This document shows, in pieces, positions 30,678-40,470 of a DNA stretch of 64,000 nucleotides; the stretch's first letter is position 1, and every line of letters starts with the position of its first letter. The translations under genes and the position numbers were made by a program. The DNA is taken from assembly GCA_963748345.1 (NCBI GenBank), contig CAVVIS010000006.1, positions 158,908 through 222,907 of the forward strand, written 5' to 3'. The DNA comes from Blastocatellia bacterium. GTDB taxonomy: Bacteria; Acidobacteriota; Blastocatellia; Pyrinomonadales; Pyrinomonadaceae. The notes under the pieces are model-generated. The model saw nothing but the letters and a program-made list of their open reading frames with translations, had not been told where the DNA came from and ran no database searches.

Positions 30678-31821
30678 GCGATTGATCCTCCGTACTTGTA
30701 ATTCAGTTTAGCGTTGAGCGCGGCCGTTTCTTCAGAGAGCGTTTGGATCTGCGCCGGATCGAAAGGAAGCGGCGGCTTGATGATGGCGCCCATTTGCGAG
30801 ATTCGTTTGAGCGACTCGCGCACGCGATCTTTGGGAAGCTTGCCCTCGCGCGCCGCCGCGAGCATTGCCTGGTAACCGCGGCGAATGATGTCCCGGGTGG
30901 GCGCAGATCAGCATCATGTCGTTGCCGGCGATGAAGGCCCGCACGACTGCGGCTTCGATCTCACAGTGCTTGGCGATGGCTCCCATTTCAAGATCGTCTG
31001 TTACAACCAAGTGCTGATAGCCGAGTTCGCCGCGCAACAGATTGGTGACAATGTTGCGGCTTAGCGATGCGGGTTCCAGCAGACCGCCGGTGACGCCCTT
31101 GATGATGTCAATGTTGGGAAAGCCGCCGTGACTGACCATCACGCAGCGCACGCGATCGTCTTTGCGTTGGAAGAGTTCGATGTAAGGCGCGAGGTCCTGC
31201 GCCATCAGGTCGTCATGCGTAAGACTGACCATCGGCATCTGCTCGTGTGAGTCAACTTCGCCCGCGCCGATGCCGGGAAAGTGTTTGAGACAGCCGACGA
31301 TCCCCGTCTCCTGCAGACCGCGCAGGTAGACAGTGGTGTAGCCAAGCACTTCGCCGGGCGAACGGCCAAACGAACGCGAGTAAAGTCCGTTGGAAAGCAG
31401 ATCCCGTTCGTCAGTCATGATTGACATGACCGGCGCGAAGTTCATGTTAAAGCCGAGCAGCCTGAGCGCTTCGCCGGTAATGCGCCCGAGCGAGCGCGCG
31501 CCCGCCAGATCGCCGTGCTCGCGAATGGTTCGCGCCGAAGGCATGGGCGTAAATATTTTGCGCAGGCGATCGACGAGTCCGCCTTCCTGATCGATGCCGA
31601 CCAAAGGATTGTTCGGCAGCAGTTCACGCACGCCGTCGAGCAAGTCGCGCAGTTGCTGCGGACTCGCGACGTTGCGACCGAAGATGATCACGCCGCCTGG
31701 CTGAACTTCCGTCAATCAGCGCCCGCGTTTCCGCGTCGAGTTCAGTTCCGGGAAGGCCGATGTAAAAGAATTTTCCGACTTGCTGTTCGAGTGGAAGCGA
31801 CAGAAGTGATTCCAATGACAT
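30674..31821 (-). CDS. nagZ: Glycoside hydrolase family 3 beta-N-acetylhexosaminidase; two frame interruptions
   Basis: Pieces 31624..31821, 30732..31715 and 30674..30865. Motifs: GGVIIFGRN, VGIDQEGGLVDRL, KHFPGIGAGEVDSH and VVTDDLEMGAI. Confidence 0.8.
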
Positions 31822-31929
31822 GTTGAAACGAAGGAGGACTTTGCGTCAGTCTTGCAAACGCCCGCTGATGTATTTTTTTTGCCAGAATGAAACGTCGATT
31901 CAATATAAGGCAAAACAAACGTTCGGCAA

Positions 31930-32070
31930 AGAGCGGGGGCAAGCCCACCTTCCCGACCTACGAGACTCTTTCCTGGCTTTAGTCTTCGATCCCTGAAAGC
32001 CTCTCGATCGAGATTAGAGACTCAAGCAAAAGCAAGCTCATGGTCAGGAAGGCGGGCTTGCCCCCGCTCT
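31930..32070. repeat. Family A element, copy A4
   Basis: AGAGCGGGGGCAAGCCCACCTTCCCGACC ... GGTCAGGAAGGCGGGCTTGCCCCCGCTCT, about 45 nt upstream of the cNMP/Fe-S gene. Confidence 0.85.
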
Positions 32071-32113
32071 TTTGCTTATTTATCTTTGGACCCTTATCTA
32101 GTATAAAACGATC

Positions 32114-34591
32114 ATGCCACGCGAAATCACGGACCGAGACGCAGTCCTGTCCGGCTTGAAATCTCTGGAACTCACTTCCGAACTCTTCATCGAAGTAAAT
32201 GGCAAACTGAAGAACCAGAACGATCTGGACGTGATTGTTCAGGGCAAACCAAACGCCAGCACCGGCAAACGCGTTGGGCCGTACGTGCGCCTGCTCGCCT
32301 ATGACAGCGGCGAGAAAATCATGCAACAGGGCGAGTGGGGCGGAAACACTTTTTATCTTTCCGTTGAAGGCGCGCTTGACGTTTACATCGCCGAGGCGAG
32401 CGGCGAGCAACGCAAGATCTTCAGCCTGCCGGCGGGCTCGTGTTTCGGCGAGATGGCGGTGCTGGCCGGCGTGGAACGCAACGCCACCATCGCGGTGCCG
32501 CAGGGTGGTTCCGCGATTGTTCTCGAGGTAACGCGACCGGCGCTCCGCTTGTTGAGAAAGCTTCCCAAGTTTGGCCAGGTGCTTGACGAAACGTATCGCG
32601 CGCATGGGCTGGGCCGGGTGTTGGAGGATTTGGTTGAAGAAGGCCGCACCGCAAACGAAGCGATCGTCAAGAAGCTGCGCGAGATTGGCAAGTTCATGGT
32701 CTACGGAAAGCATCACGTGCTTTGCCAGGAGATGGATCCAATCGAAAACATCATCCTGATCAAGAGCGGCTGGGTAAGACGCGTGCGCGGCGTGCCGCTC
32801 GATCCGGCTTCGACGGGCGTGGCCGTCGGCACGGGCCAAACAATCGGCGTCGATTTTCTAGGGGCGGGGAACTGCCTCGGTCTTGATGGAACAACCGAGA
32901 ACGAAACCTGGAAATATAGCGCGTCGGTGATGGCGCGCACGGAAGTGTTGGAGATTCCGATCGGTCCGTTGGCAGCCGATCCGAAACTGCGCGATCAAAT
33001 CGTTGCAGCGTTCGAAGCGTTTTCTACTGTTGACGACCATCCGCCGGCAATCGAAATGGTGAAGGACCTGCGCGCAGTTGCGTCGGCTGAATCCGAAATC
33101 GCGACCGGCATCGTCGACGGCGCAAACCTGCTCGTGATGGACATGGACCTGTGCGTCAGATGCGGCAACTGCTCGCTCGCATGTCACAAGGTGCACGGAC
33201 AATCACGACTGCTGCGTCGCGGCATCAGCATCACGCGTCCAGTCGCGATTGGCAGCGAACGGACGCAGCACTTGCTCTCGCCGCAAGTGTGTATGCACTG
33301 CAAAGATCCGGAATGCCTGACGGGTTGTCCCACCGGTTCGATCTTCCGCGATCCGCGCGGCTACGTGGACATCGATCCGGCCACCTGCATCGGCTGTTTC
33401 GATTGCGCCACGCAATGTCCTTACGACGCGATCTCGATGGTCCCGCGGGATGGGCCAGTCGTGAATTTCGACCTGATGGGCACGCTCCGGAAGACGTTTA
33501 GCCTGACGACACCGCCGCCGCCTGCGCTCGCCCTCACGCCCGCGGACGACGTGGTCGCGATCAAGTGCAACCTGTGTGAGCACACCCCGCTGAACCCGCA
33601 AGGCGCGCAGAAACAAGCATACTCGTGCGAAGAAAACTGCCCGACCGGCGCCCTGCTGCGTGTGAACCCTCTGACTTACTTTGCCGAGGTTGAAGAACTC
33701 CAGGGACTGATCTTCCGCGATCAGCAGCAAGCTTTTGGACGCAACATTCACAAAAGCGATCCACTCGCGAAAGTCATGCACGTGACGGGCGCGGCGTTGA
33801 CCGTGCTGGCGGCGGTGGCTGCAATTTGGGGACTCGCAGCGCACGGTTTCGACGGTCATCTCATGGGTACGTGGTTGACGATGCGCTGGTTGACCGGACT
33901 CGTCGGTCTCTTCGGCATCGTCGTGGTCATGACTTATCCGCTGCGGAAACAAGTTTACCGCCGGCGCGCGGGTGCGCTGCGCTACTGGATGCTGGTGCAC
34001 GTTTACCTCGGCGCCGTCGCGGGGGTGATTCTGCTGTTGCATGCCGGCACTCGCACGGGTGGACTTTTAACTACGCTCCTCTATTTGGCGTTTGATCTCG
34101 TGATTGTCACCGGGCTGTTTGGCATTGCGTCTTACATTTTGGCGCCGCGGATTCTTACGAGCATCGAAGGCGAGCCTTTGCTGCTTGAAGATTTGATGGC
34201 GCGCCGCGTAGAGCTGCAACAGGAGATGGAAGAGATCGTGAAGCAGAGCGAGGGTTGGTTGAAGGAAGAAATTGAAGAGAAAGTAGTAAAGAAGTTTCGC
34301 AAGCTTACTTTTCTGCTGCGACAGTTTCAGCGGCGCGAGTCGCTGAGTTCATTGCTTGCGGTAGCGCGCCGCGCGTTTAAAGAGCGATTGACGCGACTGG
34401 CCACGCCGGAAGAGCGAATCCTTTTGCAGCGCGCGGTGGAAACGGCTGTGACCCTGCGACGCCTCGACGCGTTAATTTATCTGCACAAGATTCTTAAGCT
34501 GTGGATTGCGCCGCATGTGATCTCGACGTCGATCATGCTGGCGTTGATGGTCGTTCACGTGATTCAGGTTACTTATTTCGCCGTGAAGTAA
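32114..34591 (+). CDS. Fusion protein: cyclic-nucleotide-binding domain(s), four ferredoxin-type [4Fe-4S] motifs and a C-terminal membrane domain with two i/i+14 His pairs
   Basis: The cNMP motif is FGEMAVLAGVERNATIAV. The cluster motifs are CVRCGNCSLAC, CMHCKDPECLTGCP, CIGCFDCATQCP and CNLCEH..CEENCP. The TM helices carry HVYLGAVAGVILLLH and HVISTSIMLALMVVH. Confidence 0.8.
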   Translation: MPREITDRDAVLSGLKSLELTSELFIEVNGKLKNQNDLDVIVQGKPNASTGKRVGPYVRLLAYDSGEKIMQQGEWGGNTFYLSVEGALDVYIAEASGEQRKIFSLPAGSCFGEMAVLAGVERNATIAVPQGGSAIVLEVTRPALRLLRKLPKFGQVLDETYRAHGLGRVLEDLVEEGRTANEAIVKKLREIGKFMVYGKHHVLCQEMDPIENIILIKSGWVRRVRGVPLDPASTGVAVGTGQTIGVDFLGAGNCLGLDGTTENETWKYSASVMARTEVLEIPIGPLAADPKLRDQIVAAFEAFSTVDDHPPAIEMVKDLRAVASAESEIATGIVDGANLLVMDMDLCVRCGNCSLACHKVHGQSRLLRRGISITRPVAIGSERTQHLLSPQVCMHCKDPECLTGCPTGSIFRDPRGYVDIDPATCIGCFDCATQCPYDAISMVPRDGPVVNFDLMGTLRKTFSLTTPPPPALALTPADDVVAIKCNLCEHTPLNPQGAQKQAYSCEENCPTGALLRVNPLTYFAEVEELQGLIFRDQQQAFGRNIHKSDPLAKVMHVTGAALTVLAAVAAIWGLAAHGFDGHLMGTWLTMRWLTGLVGLFGIVVVMTYPLRKQVYRRRAGALRYWMLVHVYLGAVAGVILLLHAGTRTGGLLTTLLYLAFDLVIVTGLFGIASYILAPRILTSIEGEPLLLEDLMARRVELQQEMEEIVKQSEGWLKEEIEEKVVKKFRKLTFLLRQFQRRESLSSLLAVARRAFKERLTRLATPEERILLQRAVETAVTLRRLDALIYLHKILKLWIAPHVISTSIMLALMVVHVIQVTYFAVK

Positions 34592-34606
34592 ATGTTTCAG
34601 CGATTT

Positions 34607-34705
34607 ACTCTGCGCAACCTCTGCGTCCGCTGCGACTCTGCGGTGAGGACAGTCGGTTATACATTCACCGCCGAGACGCAGAGCGCGCTGAGGTAACGCA
34701 GAGAG
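34607..34705. repeat. Family D element, copy D3, between the cNMP/Fe-S gene and the FHA-cytochrome gene
   Basis: TACTCTGCGCAACCTCTGCGTCCGCTGCGACTCTGCGGTGAGG ... CACCGCCGAGACGCAGAGCGCGCTGAGGTAACGCAGAGAG. Confidence 0.8.
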
Positions 34706-34737
34706 CGAACGGCAGACGTCTGAGCGAACCATTTCCA

Positions 34738-36186
34738 ATGCCCCAGGAAAACAAATACGTCATCATCCGCGAGGATCTGGTTCAGGATCCGGTGACTATC
34801 ATCATCGACGGCCTGCTCCTCGGTCGCCTGCAGGAATGCGAACTCCTGCTGAATCACCCGTCGGTCTCGCGCGCGCAGGCCGGGATCAAGTTAGTCAAAG
34901 ACGACTATTTTCTCTTCAGCCTGCGCCCGTCCAATCCGGTTAAGCTCAACGGCAAAGCTGTCGAAGACAATGAGGCCCTCGCGCCCGGCGACGTTGTCGA
35001 AGCCGGACCGTTTCTGTTGGATATCGATCTGACTGACGAAGCGCTCGTCATCAAGGTTTCACTTCAGATCGGCACGGTTGTAGACACAACCAACTTGAGC
35101 AGTCCGGCTCTGGGCACGGCGAAGCTCGAGCCGGTTGCAGTTCCGGGTGAGAAGAAGGCGCATGTTAAAACCCGCGCCGCGCCGATCCAGGGCGATAAAG
35201 CGCTCGACATTTTTTGGGACAAACGCATTCGCGAGGCTGGCAAGATGGTGCGGCCGTCGCCCTTGTTTCCGAAGGGCCAACGACGCGCGGGCAAGGCAGC
35301 GTTCAACTGGATTCCAACCACGGATCTCCGTTCTCACTGGCCTATTTCGTTCTTTATCTGGGGCACTTTGGTTGTTGGTTTGCTTTCCGTCGCCGCCGCC
35401 TACTGGTACGCCAGCGCCTATTCTCCGGCTCCCGTTTCCGACGCGCATGCGAGGGCGACGCTCGGCGTGTTCCCGGCAATTGCAACGAAGGCCAACGCCA
35501 ATTCCTGCACCTCCTGTCATTCGTTTTCAGGCAGCATGGAAACAAATTGCGCACAGTGTCACAACGCCGCCGCTTTCGTTGCGACGGTGATCGCGCCGCA
35601 CGAGGCTGCCGGCGTCGGTTGTGTTGCTTGTCACGCGGAACATCGCGGAGCGGAATTCAGGCCGGGCGAAACGGCGCTCGCGACGTGTACGGGGTGCCAC
35701 AACGACGCAAACAAAAATCTCTACAACGGTCGCAAAGTCAGCACGCCGCACGGCGGCACGTTTGGCTATCCGGTGGCGAACACGAAGTGGACGTGGGAAG
35801 GATTGAACGACGACGAGTGGTCGCTCAAGCAGATAGCGGTGACGCGACTGCCGACCGACACGGCCGAGACGTGGCCCAGTAAGCAATTTCATGCGCTCCA
35901 CGTGCAGCGAGTGCGCGCCGTGCCTGGCTTAAACGCGAACGCGGAAGGCGAGCTGTCGTGCTCGAGTTGTCATAAGACTTTCAATCCAATCGATCGAGAG
36001 ACGCCGCGGACAACCTGCGGCAGTTGTCACAACGGCCGACAGGAGTTGGGATCGAATCGAGTTTTGATTGCGAAGGACCAAGCAAACTGCACGTCGTGTC
36101 ACGTCCAGCATGTCAAAGACAAACGCCACTGGAATCCGTCGCTGCTCGCCGCCGCAAGCGGCCCTTCCGTGGAGAGCGGGCAGTAG
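34738..36186 (+). CDS. FHA-domain / single-TM / heptaheme c-type cytochrome fusion
   Basis: The start is at MPQENKYVII; the upstream part of the track ORF is repeat D3. The FHA domain reads GRLQECELLLNHPSVSRAQAGI...SNPVKLNG...GDVVEAG. The TM helix is ISFFIWGTLVVGLLSVAAAYWY. There are seven CxxCH sites (CTSCH, CAQCH, CVACH, CTGCH, CSSCH, CGSCH, CTSCH). Confidence 0.8.
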   Translation: MPQENKYVIIREDLVQDPVTIIIDGLLLGRLQECELLLNHPSVSRAQAGIKLVKDDYFLFSLRPSNPVKLNGKAVEDNEALAPGDVVEAGPFLLDIDLTDEALVIKVSLQIGTVVDTTNLSSPALGTAKLEPVAVPGEKKAHVKTRAAPIQGDKALDIFWDKRIREAGKMVRPSPLFPKGQRRAGKAAFNWIPTTDLRSHWPISFFIWGTLVVGLLSVAAAYWYASAYSPAPVSDAHARATLGVFPAIATKANANSCTSCHSFSGSMETNCAQCHNAAAFVATVIAPHEAAGVGCVACHAEHRGAEFRPGETALATCTGCHNDANKNLYNGRKVSTPHGGTFGYPVANTKWTWEGLNDDEWSLKQIAVTRLPTDTAETWPSKQFHALHVQRVRAVPGLNANAEGELSCSSCHKTFNPIDRETPRTTCGSCHNGRQELGSNRVLIAKDQANCTSCHVQHVKDKRHWNPSLLAAASGPSVESGQ

Positions 36187-36198
36187 TCCGACAGCGGA

Positions 36199-36330
36199 AG
36201 AGCGGGGGCAAGCCCCCTTCCTAACCTGAGAGATTCCTACCTTGACCGAAACCTCATCCTGGAAAGCCCCTAAAGCAAATTGACGAATGGCCTTGATAGG
36301 CTCTGGTCAGGAAGGGGGCTTGCCCCCGCT
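36199..36330. repeat. Family A element, copy A5
   Basis: AGAGCGGGGGCAAGCCCCCTTCCTAACC ... GGTCAGGAAGGGGGCTTGCCCCCGCT, just downstream of the FHA-cytochrome gene. Confidence 0.85.
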
Positions 36331-36464
36331 GATCCGTGATCAATTTCAGATTTCGGCTTGGCTCGTCGCGGCATGAGCTAGTAAAGTGTTTCCTCTTAAG
36401 TGTTTCCTGTCGGTACGAGAATTAACGCCCGGGCCCGCGCCCCTCACCATTCTGGAGTACAAAA

Positions 36465-39293
36465 TTGAAATTAAGAACAATACTTGTCTGCGTCCTGGCG
36501 CTGCAAATGGCTGTCGCTGGTTTGGCTTCATTCGTCGCCAGTGCGCAAGAGGAACCAGCCGTTAACGAGAGCTACGCTAAGGCTTCGGCCCACGCCCGCG
36601 CTTACGTGATTTCGCGGGACGCGCTCGGTAAGATCGTTTGCCGCGACGCGACGGCCAGCGAGCTGAGCCAACTCAATCAGCGCGACGGCGAAAGCCAGGT
36701 GATTTACGAAGGCGCGCCCAACCTCAATCTTGCTCGCGGAAAAAACAACGTCGTCCCCAACGCTCTGCTGCAAACTCTCCAGCCTTCCGCCGGCTTGCGG
36801 ATCGTTTTGCACGCCACCGCGAATCTGAACCAATCACAAAACACGGCCGCCAGGAATGCGTTCATCGTCGCTGCCAACCGCTGGGAGTCAATCGTCTCGA
36901 CGCCGATCACCGTTGTGCTCGACGTGGATTTCGGTACCACGTTTTTCGGTCAGCCGTATTCCGGTCCCAATGTTCTGGGCGCCACCGCGACCGCGGATGA
37001 CACGCGCCTTTATGCGGACGTGCGTGCGCGGCTGCTCGCGAACTCGCCCACTTCGATGGAGGCGCAGTACTACAACGCTTTGCCCGCTGCCGCCGCCGGC
37101 ATGCCCACAGAACGTAACAACCTGCCGAGCAAGTCGCTGACTGTCCGGCTAAATATGCCAAACTCGCGCGCGCTTGGTCTCGTACCGGACATTACAAATC
37201 CCGATGCGCTTGGTCTCGGCGAGACCGACGCGGGCATCGGGTTCAATTCCGCTTTTCCTTTTGATTTCGATCCGACCAACGGCGTCGATTCAAACAAGAT
37301 CGACTTTGATTCCGTGGCTACGCATGAGATTGGCCACGCGCTCGGTTTCAGCTCCGAGTCGGGCGGAGCGGTTTACGCGCCGGTCTCGGCGTGGGACATG
37401 TTCCGCTTTCGCTCGGGCGCCGCGAGTCTCGGCACTTTTGGCGTCGCACCGCGCATCATGACCGCGGGCGGCACGCAGGTTTATTTCAACGGACAAAACA
37501 ACGGCTTCGGAACGGAGCTGCGCCTCTCAACCGGTGGACCATTTGGCGACTCCGGCGACGGCGAACAGTCGAGCCATTGGAAGGACGACAACCAGACAGG
37601 GCAGTACATCGGCATCATGGATCCGAACATCAGCGACGGCGTGCACAACTCGATCACCACGAACGACGCCAGCGCGCTCGATTCGTTTGGTTATTCGATC
37701 GGCAATCCTGTGCCGGCGCCGCCACCGCCAGGACCCGCGCCGCCGTCGACGCCGCCCAACGACAACTTCAACAATGCGATCGTCGTTGCTGACGTGGCCG
37801 GAGCGACCACCGGCAACAGCACCGGCGCGACGAAAGAGGGAGGAGAGCCCGCCATGCTGCCCGGCAACAGCGGTGGACTCGGCGGTAGATCGATTTGGTA
37901 TCGCTGGACTTCACCGGTAAACGGCACGGCAACTTTTGAAACCCAGGGCAGCGGCTACGACACGTTACTGGCCGTCTCGACAGGCTCCAGCGTCAACAGT
38001 CTCACGCGCATAAACCAAAATGACGATCTCGCGCCCGGAGAGACTACGGCCAGTCGCGTTACGTTTTCGGTCAACGCCGGCGTGACTTATCAACTTGCGG
38101 TGGACGGTTACAACAACGGCGACGGTACCGAGTTTGGCATCATTCAACTGAACTGGTCCGCTACCGGCACGGCGCCGCCAACACCGAGTCCGAGTCCCAC
38201 GCCGACTCCGCCAATACCGGCGACGGTTACCGGTCGAGTGCTTGAGAACGGACCTGGCGGCTCGGCGCCGATGGCGGGAGTGCTGGTTGGTCTTTTCCAA
38301 AATGGCGTGGCCCTGCAGCAGATGACGACTGGAGCAGATGGCCGTTGGTCCTTTAACGCGGCGTTCATCGGACAGGCTTACGACGTCCCCTTTGTCCGCT
38401 CAGGCTATTCGTTCACGCCGCCCAGTTTGATCTTTCCGGTTAACCAGGCGTTGCAGGACATGGGCGACGTCGTTGCCGTCAAGGGCAATTCGATTGACGC
38501 GTCCGATTTCTTTGTGAGCAAACATTACGACGATTTTCTTGGTCGCGTCGCTGATCCATCCGGGCTCGCGTTTTGGGTGAACAACATCGAGAGTTGCGGC
38601 TTCAGCATGCCGTGCCGCGAGGTCAAGCGCATCGACACCAGCGCCGCCTTCTTTCTCTCGATCGAGTTTCAGGAAACTGGTTACCTGGTCTATCGCGCGT
38701 ACAAGGCCGCTTACGGCGATGCTTTCGATCCGACGATTGCCACGCCGGGGTCGCCGCAGGGTTATCCGGTGCCGATCATCCGGCGCGCGGAGTTCATCGC
38801 AGACACGCCGCTGATTAGCCAGAACGTGCAGGTCGGCGTTGGAAATTGGCAGGCGACACTTGAAGCCAACAAGGTGGCGTTCATGCTCGCGTTCGTGGAC
38901 CGCGCGCGCTTTACGACGGACTATCCGGCATCGATGACGGCTGATCAGTTTGTTACGAAACTGGATCAGCGGGCGGGCGGTGTGCTTTCCGCGTCTGAAA
39001 AGGCCGCGCTCCTGGCGGTGCTGGGCGCGACGCCGGCAGATAATGCGAAGCGTGCGCAAGTGTTGCGCGCGGTGGCGGAGGATTCCGAGTTGAACGCGCA
39101 CGAGCTCAATCGGGCGTTTGTGCTGATGCAGTATTTTGGTTACCTGCGGCGCGATGCGAACACGGGGCAGGACACGAACTTCGGCGGTTACAAGTTTTGG
39201 CTGGACAAACTAAACGAGTTCAACGGCGACTTCCGCGCCGCTGAAATGGTGAAGTCGTTCCTGGTTTCGGGCGAATACCGCGGGCGGTTTTGA
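36465..39293 (+). CDS. Secreted zinc-metalloprotease-like protein with Pro-rich linkers and C-terminal DUF4214-like domain
   Basis: TTG start with GGAG upstream. Signal peptide MKLRTILVCVLALQMAVAGLASFVASA. HExxH site VATHEIGHALGF. The C-terminal DFFVSKHYDDFLGRVADPSGLAFWV is typical of DUF4214. Confidence 0.7.
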   Translation: MKLRTILVCVLALQMAVAGLASFVASAQEEPAVNESYAKASAHARAYVISRDALGKIVCRDATASELSQLNQRDGESQVIYEGAPNLNLARGKNNVVPNALLQTLQPSAGLRIVLHATANLNQSQNTAARNAFIVAANRWESIVSTPITVVLDVDFGTTFFGQPYSGPNVLGATATADDTRLYADVRARLLANSPTSMEAQYYNALPAAAAGMPTERNNLPSKSLTVRLNMPNSRALGLVPDITNPDALGLGETDAGIGFNSAFPFDFDPTNGVDSNKIDFDSVATHEIGHALGFSSESGGAVYAPVSAWDMFRFRSGAASLGTFGVAPRIMTAGGTQVYFNGQNNGFGTELRLSTGGPFGDSGDGEQSSHWKDDNQTGQYIGIMDPNISDGVHNSITTNDASALDSFGYSIGNPVPAPPPPGPAPPSTPPNDNFNNAIVVADVAGATTGNSTGATKEGGEPAMLPGNSGGLGGRSIWYRWTSPVNGTATFETQGSGYDTLLAVSTGSSVNSLTRINQNDDLAPGETTASRVTFSVNAGVTYQLAVDGYNNGDGTEFGIIQLNWSATGTAPPTPSPSPTPTPPIPATVTGRVLENGPGGSAPMAGVLVGLFQNGVALQQMTTGADGRWSFNAAFIGQAYDVPFVRSGYSFTPPSLIFPVNQALQDMGDVVAVKGNSIDASDFFVSKHYDDFLGRVADPSGLAFWVNNIESCGFSMPCREVKRIDTSAAFFLSIEFQETGYLVYRAYKAAYGDAFDPTIATPGSPQGYPVPIIRRAEFIADTPLISQNVQVGVGNWQATLEANKVAFMLAFVDRARFTTDYPASMTADQFVTKLDQRAGGVLSASEKAALLAVLGATPADNAKRAQVLRAVAEDSELNAHELNRAFVLMQYFGYLRRDANTGQDTNFGGYKFWLDKLNEFNGDFRAAEMVKSFLVSGEYRGRF

Positions 39294-39294
39294 G

Positions 39295-39612
39295 GGCAGG
39301 CGACGGGGGTCAGGGGCCAGGGTTCAGAATACAGAAGACAGAATACAGGAGACAGAAGTCAGGAGCGCCAAAGGCGCGAGATGTAATAGCCTGGGCAACG
39401 CCCCAGGAGAGAAAACAGTGAATATTGATTGAGCGCTGAAGGCGCGAAATACTCCATTCCCTGGGGTGAATTTCGCGCCTTCAGCGCTCAATGAATTTTC
39501 TTGGTTGGTTACCTGGGGCGTTGCCCCAGGCTATTACATCTCGCGCCTTTGGCGCTCCTGACTTCTGTCTCCTGTATTCTGTCTCCTGCCTCTGCCTCCT
39601 GACCTCCGCCCC
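39295..39612. repeat. Approximately 320-bp multilayer palindrome
   Basis: The layers read GGGGTCAGGGGCCAGG.., CAGAATACAGAAGACAGAATACAGGAGACAGAAGTCAGGAG, AGCGCCAAAGGCGCGAGATGTAATAGCCTGGGCAACGCCCCAGG and TTGAGCGCTGAAGGCGCGAAAT. Each is mirrored on the right side in reverse order. Confidence 0.85.
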
Positions 39613-39618
39613 CCACTT

Positions 39619-40191
39619 TCACCCCGCCGGCTTATGGCAGGGAAGGCAATCGTTTGATCCGGGCACCTTTCCTTTGAGCGCCGGCCGCGCCGCGATTGCT
39701 TTGTCGTGACAGACGTTGCAGTTCATGTGGTAGGCCACTTCGTTTGTCAGTTTCGTTGGCGTCGTCTTACCGGTATATGTGATCGCCGGCATCTCCGCGC
39801 TGTCGTCGCCCGCCTGTAGATGACAAGTCCGGCAAGCTTTCACCGGCTTCGCGTCCGCGGCCTCGAGCACTTTCGCGGTCAACACAACATCTCGTTCAGA
39901 AGTTTTCAACGGAGCGACAAGTGCGGACGCCGGCTGATCGGTGTGATGACATTCGGCGCAGCCCAGGACCGTCTTCCCGTCAGCGCTGTAAGGTTTCGTG
40001 GCGTGGTTCTCGTGGTTGAAAGGCACTTCGCCGTATTTGTCTGACTGACTGTCTTTGCCGAGGACAACCTCTTTCGGCTGCGTCTTGCTCTCTTTGGGAA
40101 TGTCCTGCGTCGCCGTAAAGGCGGAACGGCCGCCGACGACAACTACCGCCAGACATCCCAACACCGCAATCAAAAACCAGAGTTTTCTCAT
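39619..40191 (-). CDS. Tetraheme cytochrome c3-family protein
   Basis: The start is at MRKLWFLIAVLGCLAVVVVG. The VPFNHENH motif is followed by four CxxCH sites (CAECH, CRTCH, CNVCH, CLPCH). Confidence 0.8.
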   Translation of the reverse strand: MRKLWFLIAVLGCLAVVVVGGRSAFTATQDIPKESKTQPKEVVLGKDSQSDKYGEVPFNHENHATKPYSADGKTVLGCAECHHTDQPASALVAPLKTSERDVVLTAKVLEAADAKPVKACRTCHLQAGDDSAEMPAITYTGKTTPTKLTNEVAYHMNCNVCHDKAIAARPALKGKVPGSNDCLPCHKPAG

Positions 40192-40354
40192 CGAATAATA
40201 ACCTCTCGCAGCAGCTAAATCTCGACAGAAATTTTCGGGAAGACTTGCCATGGAACCAGCAGGGGAGGGCACCTGCAATATTAGTTAGCGAGCGGGGACG
40301 TGTCAAACAATTTGCTGGAACAATCCGCACCGGGTCCACGGGCCCGCGCGAGTT

Positions 40355-40450
40355 CGTTTAGAGGCGGGCACCGCCCGCCGGTTCAAGTCAGACGACCAAG
40401 TATTCTCTTCCACTCCTCCGGCGCCGGCGGGCGGTGCCCGCCTCTAAACG
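40355..40450. repeat. Family C element, copy C2
   Basis: CGTTTAGAGGCGGGCACCGCCCGCCGG ... CCGGCGGGCGGTGCCCGCCTCTAAACG, between the tetraheme and nonaheme cytochrome genes. Confidence 0.85.
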
Positions 40451-40470
40451 AAACCGGTCAAGTTGCATTC

